A stretch of DNA of 64,000 bases from Sarea resinae (Eukaryota): assembly GCA_026026165.1 (NCBI GenBank), contig JAPEUD010000007.1:124001-188000 (forward strand). The letters are read 5' to 3'. The notes under the pieces were generated by a model that was given only the letters and a program-made list of their open reading frames with translations, had not been told where the DNA came from and searched no databases. Below are positions 11,028-26,639 of this stretch, in pieces; within the stretch, counting starts at the first letter, position 1, and each line of letters opens with the position of its first letter. The position numbers and the translations under genes were made by a program.

Positions 11028-13107
11028 TTAGACTGAAGCCTCGGTGACGGCGCGCAGGACGGGATAGAGTGACTGCGCCATCTTTTCCTCGGGGCTCATT
11101 TCGTGCTCGTGCTCGTGCTCATGCTCATGCTCGTGGTGATGGTGTTCTCCGTGGTCATCGTGGCTTTCACGCCCCGGACTATGACCCTCATCCGTACGCT
11201 CCTCGTGCTCATGCTCGTGCTCATGCTCGTGCTCATGCTCGCGCTGCTCATGTCCAGCGGCATCCTCATCGTATTCGTGACTCTCGAGCTTCAGGCTGAT
11301 GATCTTCCTCAACGCCTCGATGACTCGGATATTCTCCACCCAAGCCTCTTGAGCTTTCTCCGCTTGGTCCTCGGCGGCTCGTTGAGGTGTCGGGGTCGGC
11401 GAGTGTGACCGGGAGGACACGTCCTGCAGCGAAGGGTCGATGGCCGAGGCCGAGGAATCACGCTCTGGCGAGGTGGTGGCGGTGGGTGTGGTCGCATTGG
11501 CGCTTGCACTAGGACTGGCACTAGGACTGCGATCGGAGGACGTGTCCATGATGTCTCCCTCCTTATCCTCAGTGGAACCTTGGCGCGGTGGTCTCGAGGC
11601 TTTCTGTAGCATGCCGCCCTCGTAGCGACGGGGATGATCGGGATAGGCGGGCCCCAGTGTGGATGCAGTTGTCGTGGTGGTGTAGCCCTGTGATGAGGCC
11701 GAGGTGGACGAAGGCACGACGGCTGGTAGGTGTGGATACATTACCCCTGAAGACGACGAGGTGGGTGGACCAGGGGACAGGCCGCGACCCGAATGGACTG
11801 ACGCGGGCGAGTGGTGAGCCGACGTGTATGACATGGTGCTTGAAGGCGGTGTTAGGGCCGGCGTGCCACTCTTATTGGACTGCGAAGAGGATGCCACCAT
11901 GTGCGTATGAGGATACTGGTGCTGCTGATGCGGATGAGGGGGCGACTGGCTGTGGCGTGTGGTCGTGGCTGCCATGCCGTTGTGGACATAATGCGCACCA
12001 GGTTGGGCAATGCCCGCTGCAGCGGCATGATTGGGATTCTCATACACGGTAGCTTGCATCTGCTCCAAGAACTGGTCTATGTTGAGTAGGTCATTCTTTG
12101 TACGAAGGTTCGGCATCGGCGGAAGAGCGTAGTGGTGCGCCACCATGGGCCCGTGATGACCGGCTGACTCCAGGGGAGCCGGATGGTAATCTGGCATAAG
12201 GCCTGCTTGCATTGACAGTGGGAGCCCTTGGAGGGCGACGAGGCGCTGGCCGACTTCCGCATAGGACGTGGGGTCAATTTGACGACGTTTTGCGTCGCCG
12301 AAGAAGTCGTTGAGCGCGTCAAAACCACGCTTTCTGTTGTCGTAAGCAGCAGAATTGCCCATGTCGCCTCCCTGGCTGGTTACCGCATAATAGACAGGTC
12401 CGTAAGAAGATCCAGGCTGCTGCGTAGAATAATACTGCGAACTCTGACCGCCATGAGGCTGGTGTCCGTAACCCTGGTTCGGACCACCTTGCGCCATGGG
12501 ACTCTCGTAGTAGCTGGTAGCTGTGGCCGCAAGGGATTGTAGTTCACCGAGCATGGCTAAGTGAATCCATTAGCGCAGCTATTCACGAGAAAAGGAAGGG
12601 CGATTCTGTTCGCGCGTATATTAAACCCGTGAACTCACTCTTACCAGACGCAGACGGATCAACTCGGTACGCTCCGGGGCCGCCATCGCGGTGACGTCCA
12701 GTGTGGTTTGGCGATTGCATTAGCACCGAGTCATCGGCATGAGTCTTTACATGCTTCTTGAGATCTTGAGGCCGCTTGAACGCCTTGCCACAGAAGTCAC
12801 ATTTATGCGGCTTCAGCGGGACGTGAACTCGAATATGAGAGGTTATGTGGTCACGTTTGACCGTGACCGTGTTGCACGAGCCCCAATGGCATTGGAGATT
12901 CAGGTTGTTCGTGCTCTTACGGCCGACGTGTTGCTCGCAGACATGATCCTAATCTTGCAATTAGCCAAACGATCCACATGAGGTAGGATTCGTTGCGCAT
13001 GAAGCCAGGGCGTATCCTACGTAAAGCTCTTCCGGGGACTGGCATCGATCGCCGCAGCCCACCCACTGGCAAACCAGTCCTTCATCTCTGACAGGCTGCG
13101 AGACAGA

Positions 13108-13140
<33 letters not shown>

Positions 13141-13230
13141 CGGCGGCGGCGGCGGCGGCGGCGCTGGAGCTGTAATAGTAGTCTGGGCGGTATCCGCCGA
13201 CGTGGTGGACGCGGCGGGAGGAGCAGACAT
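11028..13230 (-). CDS. pacC: pH-response C2H2 zinc-finger transcription factor PacC/Rim101, about 680 aa
   Basis: Exons 13230-13021, 12948-12645, 12556-11028. Three zinc fingers ([61 protein letters not shown]), signalling-protease box [12 protein letters not shown], and YPxL motifs YPHL and YPVL. Confidence 0.97.
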
Positions 13231-13263
13231 CTTCAGGTCAGAGGACCTCTTGGGGTCGAGAAT

Positions 13264-14968
13264 GCCAAGCCTTTCCGCGGCGAGTCCTTTTTCTTGGTAT
13301 CACTATCACGACTGACAGCTATTCTAGAGCTCCACGTGCTAGAATCGACAGGTTCTCTTCGCGATGGCGGTATTCCAGATGTCTTGCCGCTTTCAGAATG
13401 ATTCTCACTTTCTGAGCAGAAGGTGAACTCTTACGAGGAAGGAATTGAACATGAAGAGGCGGGGCCCAGGGAAGTCACTTGTCGCGATGGGTTCCGCTGC
13501 CTACAGGCGCGCAATCTATCATGGCATGCGCCTATATGAATACAAAGAACGGGCGCCTCGTCAGCACGTCTGCACCGGAGCCAAGGGAAACAGACATCCG
13601 CACTGCCTGATTCTCCACTCCCCTCTCCGGGGAGCCATTGAGCCATTCAGGGGAGGGGCGAGCAGCGAAGACGCCTGAGCACGTCTCGATGCAAAAGCCT
13701 ATTTCCTCCGTCCACGGTTCTACTTGCGCATGGAGCAATGAGTGTACAGCTACTTGAACTTGCATCGCCCGGGCTTCTATTGTGACTACGCCCGAGCAGA
13801 GTGGAAGGGAGACGAGTGGACAGTATGTAGCCCTACATTTCGACTCGCGTCCGGGGGTCCCGAATCGACCCTCGGATGCCAAGAACAGGGGCACACATGG
13901 CCGACGCCAAGCCCCACCCACATCCTCCAACTGAAGTTAGCGCTGCCATCCTCCCATGCATGCCAAGACCCCCGAAGGAGGAAGAGGAATAGATGATGAA
14001 GAGACACCGCTCCATCTCTGACTCCGCCTCGCCGAGGGCTCGGAGACCGTGGCATGTCACGGAGTACGGAGTTGGCATCAGATAAAGTGACCTCGTACAA
14101 GCGCCCAGTAATGTCAATGCGCCGAGGTTTAGGCGGTCGAGATTATCCTTCTGGCGCAGGTTGTGCAAGTCCAGATCCTGTCCATGACACAGCATATCTC
14201 GAGAGAAAGAGATCGAAGGTACAGGTACTCGTGCATAATGCGATATCTTCCCCGGAGAACATTTATGCAAGAAGTGGACGGTGATGCCTTCGTATCTGAC
14301 GACGACGCCAAGTCTTCCGGGCTGACGACGCCCATCTCAGTTGCGCTCCCTCCCGGGTCCTCCCACCCGGCGGCCACGCCAAGCAAACCTCGCACCTCCC
14401 CGCTCTTGGCTTTCCTCGCGAGCGAGGGACGTCCCCTTTCATAAATACACTGGCACCAGCCCAAATGGCCGGGCATAAATCTACCTATGCAAGAGATCAT
14501 TCATAAATCTTCATCATTGAGGTCAATCCCACGCTGCACAGCGATTTGTACGCAGCCTCCGCAGGACTAAGCCAAGCCTGAAGTGGCTGATGGGCCGATG
14601 CGATCATTGATGCTGAGCGTCTTCAATACGCAGGACCGTAATACCGCCAAGGGCGGCGCGCTTGGCCTGTGGGCACCCCACCCTTCTCCCCAAAACTCAC
14701 AGTCTCCGCCTTCATAGTATACCCAGCCGTAAGTACGCGTAAACAAAACACCTCAAGCTGATCTCGAAAACAACAGGTATGCTATGCGAATCATTGTATA
14801 TCTGCAAAGTATAGGTAGAGACTCAGTCGGCACAGGAAGCGTGCAAGGTCATTGAGTTGGAGGGCAGACGATACTGGCGACACGGGTATGAGATCGGGCA
14901 TAAACAAAGACTGAGACACTTGATCGGCATTGAGCAAGGACGGTAAATCTAGAACGCTCGATGCCAAG
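13264..14968. promoter_or_regulatory. Cluster of 12 PacC consensus sites (GCCARG) upstream of pacC
   Basis: GCCAAG at 13264, 13580, 13878, 13906, 13962, 14307, 14378, 14571, 14646 and 14963; CTTGGC at 14405 and 14661. Confidence 0.8.
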
Positions 14969-15476
14969 AGCCGTGTACCTGACTCTCATGTGCCTCTGAA
15001 TCTAGGGAAAGATAAAGCATTATTACGTCAATAAGTGATTGTTTCGGATACAAGAAAAACTCCGAGGAAAGCAAGTTCTAAGGCCTAAGTATTAAGGGTA
15101 AAAGTGATTAAAGAGCTAGACGAAGATGAATGACGTTAACCTCCGGAGCCAGTGCTCTCTCTCGAATTGGTAGCAATGTTCAACAGATATTCTCCAAGTA
15201 CACCCCCATATTCCAAGGAATTCCATCGCTCCCCGACCTCCGTTACCCCTAAAGCGAGGGAACACCACCATTCAGAACCTTCTGACATGTTTCTGCACAA
15301 GTTCGCCGTGAATGAGTCTTCACAGCCCCAACAAGCCTATAGCCACAAGAGTGTGAAACCCAACTAAGTCTGGGAACGACAACTGTGCCAGCCAGACCCA
15401 GCCATCGTTCTAATCCTTGTCCGTATCACAAAGCCAACGTCACCGAAGAAGTATTTATCTGATCACCACACTCCTT

Positions 15477-18400
15477 TCATGACCGGAAGTTCGGATTCAT
15501 CATCATCGTGTTCCATTGGTCACCTCCAAAGATCTCCTCTAGATTCATGCCTGGAGCTATCCCAGCTCTCGCTTGTTGCGCAAAAATGTCCTCGGGCATT
15601 GGGCCTAAACCTCCAGTACCGACCTGCATGTTTTCCATACCCATACCGGCATTTTGACCCTGCAAGATGTATGATGGTAGAGGCCCAAAGAGCGAGACTT
15701 CCAGATTGTCGTACGGATTACCGTTGTTGTTGTTACTATTGTTAGGCATGAATAGATCACTGGAGACGCCGCTGCCGATTGCAAGGGGGTCCTGTTTGCC
15801 ATCTAAGGTCGTCATAGGCTGAGTCGGATACGCGAATGGATCAGTAGAAGGAAACATAATTGCTGAAAGGTCTTGAAATTCGTCTCCGCTCGTAGGCTGT
15901 TGCTGCTGCAAATTTAATTGCGATTGTGATGGATTCAGAGACATTGGATCATTGCCAGGCTGGGTTGGAGAAATGCCTGATGACGCAAACATGCTTTGAG
16001 AGTTGCGGCGATAAGTGTTCGGCTGCATGCTCGAATCCGTAAAAACGAGTGAATTATCGTATGGAAGAGACGCTTGCTTGAAACTCGAGGGAGCCATGGT
16101 ATCGGGTAAAGTGCTCGCTCGTTGCACAGCACCATCACGTCCATCTGCTTGAGGAGCAGGTTGTCGGACGTCAGGAGCACTTTGAACCGCAGGAGCGCTT
16201 GCTGGGTGAGGGGAAGGCGCATGCCGTTTCTTGTTGGCGTGAGTCGAAGGGCTGTGATTCCGTCTAATGCGATCAGGGAGTTGAGAGAAGAGGTTCTGGA
16301 ATACGATTAGTAAAAACTCAAGAGTTACGAAGAGAAGTTGAACAAACGGTTAATGTTGCCGAGCATCGGTCTGCTGCCATGCTTCTTCGGGCGAGAGCCG
16401 CCAACGTATCCTTGCCCTCAATGGCTTCTCGCAGAATATCATCGCTCGTTGAGCTGTCGGGGTTCTCGAGGACGAAATAGATCAGAGAAAGAATTGCAAA
16501 AAATGTGGTGTACATGGTGAACCAGTACGCTCCGATCAGGAGACCCCCTCTCTGCATCTCGGCAGTGATGTGAATGACGTTGCGAGACACACTGACGCAA
16601 GCAGCAGCGCAGGCATATGAACGCTTGTTAGGAGGTCTTGTTTGAGAGACCTGCAAAGACGGAGACACGTAATGCAAGAATGGCCGATAGAGAACCATCT
16701 GTACATGGCCATAAGCCATACGCAGCAGTTGCTGCACCCTACTCGAGAATCAGCATTATTCATGGAATATTGAATAGAAGCTCACCTGGCAATCTCTGGA
16801 CTGGCATTCGCATGAGGCCGCAAGTCCGGTGGTAAGTTTTCCATCCAGCTCTGTAAGTCTTTTTCAAGCTCACTTATTTTAGTCAGACTGACCACGTAAG
16901 ACTGATTCGATTTTGCAAGATTATACTGCAGGTCCTTGATGGGATAGATGTACTTGATGACTTTGGCGAGGATCTGGATAAGTTTTGTGTGCGCATTCGA
17001 CGCCGAGAAGAGAGAGACTTCGCCTTTTGGCACGGGCAGGATGCCCTCCCTGGTGATATACTGATCCTCCACCTCAAGAGGCATCTCTTGGTCGATATCT
17101 TCGTCACTGAGGGTCTGGGGTAAGCCCAACAGCGCCCCAACATAAGTATCCATCTTTCTGATAACCCAGAATACCCGTTTTCGACTCTCACGCTCAATGG
17201 CGTCGAATTTACTCGAAACGGATCGATGAAGGCCCATCCTTAGTGAGGAACGAAGAGCGATGCCGATGTAGGAATAACAAGTACTTAGTTTTGCGGATGA
17301 TTGAAGGAACATGATCATGAAAACAATTGCTTGCAGAGACATGAGGTCACGACAATCGGTGATATCCACCATTTGCCTGGATGCTTTGAAGTATTTAAAG
17401 CTGTCAAACGTCAGTGACAGAACGGCCGTTGGTCCAAAGATACATACCCTTGCTCTATTGCATCCTCATAGTGCCATTGATCGAGTCCGCTTGGGTCATG
17501 TTGCGCGAAAAGACTGCCTAAAGCTAAGACCACGTAGAGAAGGGGGAGATATCTATTTTCCTCGTTGCCGTAGCAGTCAGGAGACGTGTCGTATATGCGG
17601 TCGAACATTGCATAGAACGATGGCTGGTGCACAAAGCGCATGAGAGCGCATGCGTCGTCTAACGCACTGGCGCAAAGCTGGCGCGCGACCACCCTTGAGG
17701 GCAAGTCTCCAGTTACATCGAGGTTGAAATCGACAGGAGATTCGACGGATGACTTTGGAGAGTCGAAGACATGACCCATGGTGCGAGATTTTTGAGGGGG
17801 TGGATCTCCAGATCCAGTGGGTGGAGCATCTCCAAATTGTTCACGCATTCTTCGAAGGAAAGTAAGGCCTGAGGAATGTCCATGGTAGCCCCAAAATCCT
17901 TGATCGTCTAGATCCAATTGACCAGTCGTCTCTACCATAGATTCCAGGAGGGGATCCCGGTCTGTTTCGCCAGGAGTCGCAGGCTTTTCCGATGATTCGG
18001 ATCGAAGCAGTTTGGACAAGGCCTCCGATCCAGGCTTCCCTGAGAGAAGTCGTCGTGCAGAGCAGATATCGAAGTTTGGATCTTCCAGATCCACCTCTGG
18101 TAATATGGCCTTGAGAAGTGTTTCTGCTCGCTGAAGACGATTCTCTAACGCTTCTATATACTGGGGAGCAGGATTTCTCCTTCGATTCGATGGTTGGTCG
18201 TAGGTGCAATCTATTGATCGTCAGACAGGGACACCGAAAAAAAGAGAGGGTTGTTGCGGAGATTTCAGCGCCAATTTCAGTAACCCACCATAGCTATAGA
18301 CTGTACAATGTGTGCACGGCTGTTTTCCATCACACTTGATCTTCTTCCTTCGACATTCGTCGCAAGCTCTTGTTACTCGTCTTCGCTTTTGTAATGGAAG

Positions 18401-18559
18401 AGGTCCCTTGGCACCCTGAGCCGGCGTTGCATGGCTATTGTCAGTGGCGGGAGATGGATCCACACCGTCGGGCAAGCCATCTGGTAGACCATTTCCGTCG
18501 TCCTGAAGGATTTCTGGCGATGAGTGGCCAGAATCGTCCCCCGTCTCCATATCGCTCAT
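15477..18559 (-). CDS. ASG1: Zn(II)2Cys6 transcription factor with fungal TF middle domain, Asg1-like, 952 aa
   Basis: Exons 18559-18289, 18210-17448, 17400-16786, 16738-16348, 16295-15477. [37 protein letters not shown] cluster; middle homology region [19 protein letters not shown]. Confidence 0.85.
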
Positions 18560-21500
18560 GTTTGTTGGGTGATGCTGCTGCAGTTGTGGTGTTGCGGATG
18601 TTGAGTACCCAAGGTATTGAGACGACCCCGCCGGCGTTGCTCAGAGCTTCGACGAGAAAAGCGGAGATGTATAATCAAAATAGAGGCGCTCGTCCATCCA
18701 TGTAATCGAGTGCCAAACGTTCTTCTTCTCTGTGCTCCTCTAGCTCAGGCGGCGCGCATGCAGCAGAAGGGCGATCGTTGAAAGGGCTGCCTTGAGGGTT
18801 TGACGGTATAGTGGAGACAGAATAAATATTATGGGACGAGTCCCCCGATGGGTCCGGCGGACTGCTACTATTGCTACAACGATGAGTCGTGAGCCTGGGA
18901 GCATCGAGTTGCGTTCGCTACCTTAGTCGACTATTACCCGAAATGTGGGATTGAATCGCTTATCGAACTGGCCGTTCCCCTTGCGCAGAGGGATGGGACG
19001 TTCACCCGACAAAGTGCTCACGATTACGTAGGGGAAGATCGTCCCAAAGGTCCCTTGCTACTGAGCATGGAGCGTTCGAGGACTGCGCAATATTACCTTT
19101 CGAGTTTGGCACGGTGCAGGTAGCAGGTACAGTACGAGCATGGGCCATCGTTACGACTCTTCTGCGTACTCTGTCCTGCCCTGAGTACTAATCCTACCTA
19201 GTAGCTATCATCTCAGCACTCGTACGTGATACCGCACCAGATTCAAGGTTCTCCTGACTTCGCTGTATCAAATGCATCCACGATCCATCGAACAGTTCCG
19301 TTCTCAAGCAGAGTGGTGAGGTAACAACGTGGATAAGCTTTCAAAAGGCGATGCTAGCTTCTTCTAGCGTGGGCATCAAAGCGAGCTGGGAGATGCGGGT
19401 CGCCATCCGCTTCCACTGCCTCGTGGTCTTCCCGCGTTCTGCCAGAAAGCCAACGGTGAGATTCATCCGCCATGGCAATGGAGATTGCGATCCAGCCACG
19501 ATGAAGTCCATCGTACGTGAATCGTGGCCAACGCGCGACATCATCGAGTGAACCGTTGTTTCGAGAAGGGAGATTCTTTCCCTCCTGGACCCCAGAAATG
19601 CATGGGCTCAGAGTCTAGCTTGGGAGAGTCACCACCCCACGACTCAGGGATCAGTCTACTGTTTAAGTGGTCCGGACCCCCTTTACGAGTCAGATTCCGA
19701 AAACATGGTTGCACGCATGCTCATCTTGTCTTCGTGAAAGAGATAGGCCGGTGGTGTTGACTTATCAATGAGAAGTTCGTCCATACCTTAGGTACGGTAG
19801 GTCATCGAGGTGGGAAAGGACGCTAAGTAGGGCGAACGTTGCCTGTCATGCTGCCGTTCCTGGACGCATCTAGACCTTCATTTCCGAAGCAAGTAAACAT
19901 ACTTGGGCCGCTCACTTTGCTTGAGAGGGTACCGAACTTGGCCCCCATGGATACTATTGAAAGGCTGCGGGCTTGTTCAGCATTAACGCAGTATATAGCC
20001 AACACATGACAACCGCCTTTTCTTCGTCTCTTCATGTTTCTCTTCGATACTCCGGAGTACTTCATAGTGAGGCTTCCGGGAACCGCAATAGTGGCTACGT
20101 ACTGGATCAAGGGCCAAATGCTGTCGATTTGCTGACGAGCGGAAGCCTGAGACATCCAATGGTTCTAAGGTGTAGATTAGCCCACTCGGCCTGTTGATTG
20201 GTCGACGCTTGAGCTCACCTGGGCTGAGTCGAATCTCAGGTACCGAGTACATCGTCGTACGGCGTTTGGAACGGTCGAAACTATGATGATTAGATAATCC
20301 AAAAACAACTTCAGTAAGCCCCTGATTCACGTGAGTTTTTCCTCAACGGGCGGGAAGGTCAACGTTCGCTTTGTCATCGACGCTCGGGGGAAGCTCAACC
20401 CTGAGGGTATGAGTCTGGCCCACAAGAAAGACTAGCAACATAATCAACAGCTTTTGACATGCCTTAGCTATGCCTGCACTACTTCCTCAGGCGAACATTC
20501 GTTCAATATGATCGATCGGAAGGGCTGGTACTATCAAATCAATGGTGAAGAGTTCCAATCCGAACCCCCCCCATCTGTGTTTCGGAAGCCCAGCCCTACT
20601 ACGTACTCCGTAGTCCCGGTGGTACCAAAGTACCAGATTGCTGTTGATGCGGGGAGTCGGGGACAAGCCGTTGACCAGTCCGACGGGAATCCATGGATGT
20701 ATGCATCCATCAGGTACTACCATCCATACTACCTACGGTAGGGCTGTGTAGAGAGTGCCGTTGCTGCAGGGTCAGAAAAGCTTACTCTGCATCCCGACAT
20801 GCTTACAGGTTTGCCGGAGCACCAGCGTTATTTACCGTCTTATAGAGAATGCACTAGAAGATCGGAGCTTCTCTGCTTATGTTGGAATTCGGACTTGTAT
20901 TTCAAATCTTATGAGAAGCTGGAAGCCTCAAATATGTGAGTATCCAGTCCGTGGCGCGCAGTATCAGCGATGCTAGGGACAGTGGCTGTTGTTGTGTTGG
21001 GAAGTTGCGATCGGGATAAGTCCTTCTAGGGCCTACTTGCAGGTTACCTTTTCTCCTCCAGCCTCTAAACACTAAGGTCAATTTGCGCCTGCTGAAGCTA
21101 ATAGCATTAATACGTCCTCGGATAGAAGAGGAAACCTCATCCGATCCAACTCAGTATACAGAATCCTAAGATTCTAACGTATGATGATCAAGCGCGCTCA
21201 AGCAACGTATCTTTCGTCAATGACTGCCATTGTTAGATGATTGGCTGAGGCATTTAGTCTAGAAGCGGAATCTTGTTTTGTCTTCTGGATTCCAGATTCT
21301 ACGCCGCTAGCGACAGAGTTCTATCCTTACGGTGAAAGAGAATCGATACCGAGAGTGCGAAGAGTAAGGTAACCGCTCTCGGATCAGAATGGGGGCGGCT
21401 GCAAACGGCCATGACGCATTCAATAGATAGATGGCCGCTCGCTTCCTTTCGCAGGGGCCTTCCTGTGTTGGGTTGTGTGCGCCCATACAGAAGTATTCGT

Positions 21501-23185
21501 ACAGCGTACTTCATAGATTTGGGCCAGGAAGGTGTTGCACACAGATCTCGGGCTACTTGCGCCTAAATCGCTCGCATGCAAGTGAAAATCTCCAGTTTTG
21601 CGCACGACAGCGGGCCGGACGATCGCGGAGACAGTTCGGACTTGCCAAGTACTGTGGTACCTTATTCTGCCAAGATGTACTTCAATACGTATCGAGGTAC
21701 CATGAAGAATATGTAGAAAACAGTGGTCCCTTGGTCGAAAGCCTACGTAGTAGAGCGTCGAGTCGAGAGTCTCCCAAGGTCGCAAGCGAGCCGTTTGATT
21801 GGCTGATCGGGTTAGTAAGCAGAGTCGCCTTCAAGCCCGTTATCGATAAAGAGTGAGGTAATGGGAGTAAATATTTACGACTGCCCGCATCCGGCCTCGA
21901 AGTCCAATGGGCGCTGTGCGCATTCCCAACTCTTCTGGTCCCATTCCTGTCTGGTACATGGTCTGTTTTGATGTGGACCGGGACAGGTGCAGCCTTGATG
22001 GGGATTACTCGCGTAGTGGTAGGAGTTATCGGATGATGACACGATCTAGAAAAAGTGAAAAGAATCTTCTCGGAGGCGAGCGAGCGGCCGACGAGTGAAG
22101 TAAACACTAAAACGGATACCTGACAACAAGCGTGAAAACATATGGACTCACCTCGTACTCTCTGCCTCCCGAACGGAGTCATACATACCTCCCGTCGGCA
22201 GTTGAGCAAACAGATATCCATTCGAATACAGTGATGCTGTGAATCCATCCATCACTGAATCAGCACTCGTCAAGGCTTTCGAGTTGTCAGCCAGCAGGGT
22301 TGCCTTACCTTATTGTTGTGGACAATAGGAAGTAGTGGGAAAGTACCTCGTCGAGAGAGTGTTCACAAAAGTACTCCCAACATGTTCACTCACACACGTA
22401 CATAGACTACTGTAAGTGGTAGAGTAAGGGCGGACATAGCAGGCCGCCACAGCCTTTTTCGCCTTTTCCGCTCGGCAAAGTGAAGTCAAGCGCTCTTTCT
22501 TTTCCCTCGCACGAGTACTTGTCTACCTCTCGACTACTTCCTCTCTCCTCCTCCTTCCCCCCCCCAAATCTGTGTGAATCTGTGTTGTGGTCATTGGATC
22601 AGGCCAATGATACATCGTAATCGTCACGCTTGAAATTTTAAACAAACCACTGTCAACTACTCTACTCATCTCACCTCTTCGACGGACAATCTATCCTTTT
22701 CTCGACAAGAAACCGCCATTCGCATACCGATGACCTCCCTTTCTCCCAGGACAACATCATCTCTTCACCATCAAGACATCTTCGGCGCCGAGCTCTGATA
22801 GGTTTCCTTCGTCGCCGCTCGCGTGTCAACGCGTCTAAGAGGCCAACCAAGCAACGTAATTCTGCGACGATCCTGCGCTCAAAGACGAAAGACCCACCGC
22901 CGACCGACGCGAGAGATACGTCCTGCGTAAACATCCATCCAACTTGGCCAGCAACATCGCTCCAACTCGTCCCAACCACATCAAAACCGCATTTCTTATC
23001 GCTGGGAAGGCGTCCTACGTGGGCCATCGTTGAAAGTCAGGAAATCGCTCAGGTGTGTACGGATTGAACGGCGGCAATTCCATACAGCACCCCGTCCGCC
23101 CCACGCACGCAGATCAAAACACCTGGCCATCTAGAAGACCATATCTAAGACGAGAATCTATCACCGGTCGCTGACGACAGCCACG

Positions 23186-25532
<2,347 letters not shown>

Positions 25533-26639
25533 TCCAGTTCGCTTCTCGAGAGAATGCCTGAACTTTGGATTCTATAGTCTCCTTGGCTTGTCCTTTTCCT
25601 CTCATGCTTCCTTTCCATCCCCGTGTCTTAACAAGCTCTTTTGGTTGGCTTTTGCTCTTATCCCTCTATTCTCTTCTCTACTCTGTGTTGCTCTTTCTTT
25701 TTCCTCTGTTTTCCTTCTTTTCCTCTCTCAAAGTTGGTACTCCTTCGAGATGGAAGGGTTAGACCTATGGTATGGGGTGGTGCGACCGGCGTTTTGTTCT
25801 CCTTACTTCTCTTTCTCCTATGCCTTTTCGACTTAGAAATTGATACTCGCTGACCTTGCAGAGTGTGGGTTGCGGGTTCGGACACGGGTGGGTGGGTAAT
25901 GGTTAGGAAGGGTCAAACGGCGTTAAAATACTGGGTTTCTTGCTCTATTCTGTCTCTTCCTCTACATTTGCTTCTTTCTTCTTTTCTGTCTGTCTGTCTG
26001 TCTGTCTGCGAGGGATCTGGTTCAGGTTCTCGTTTCGTCATTGCACGGTACAGGTGAAGAGGGATGGGCCGGTCATGCTCCCGTGGTGTTTTTCTCCCTC
26101 TATTCTATTCTGTGGCGGCAATGGAATACCTTTTTATTCCGGCTTGCGCTCTGTTCCTTGGTGATATGGGTAGTGATGATGACATGACATGATATGACAT
26201 AATGTATCCGAAAAAAAGGGGGGTAAATTGTAGTCGTGGCTAGGTAGGGGTAGTCGATGTTTTCAAGGCACTTGGATTGGATGATTGGGGATTTCTTTCT
26301 CGGATTGATCAGGTAGATGGTTACTTCGTTCCGTGTTTAGTTCTACTACTACTAAATTAAGGTGCTGTAGAGCATCTCAGGTGAAGGCAGCAGGCTGCAA
26401 ATCCTTCTTATAAAGCCAAGACCGAACAAATAGAACAGAAATGCCTACAAACCCGAGCCTTGTCCCCGCCTCCCCCCCTCCCCAACCCAAACCCTGACCG
26501 AGACCTAAACCCAAGCCATCTTGACATTTGATCACATTGTGTTGGAAAGCTGGTGGTGGCTATATGTGACAGCAACACCGACAGCAAGAGCACGGCATAG
26601 GTACCGTACTTACAACCTGATGACGCTGCACTAACTCAC

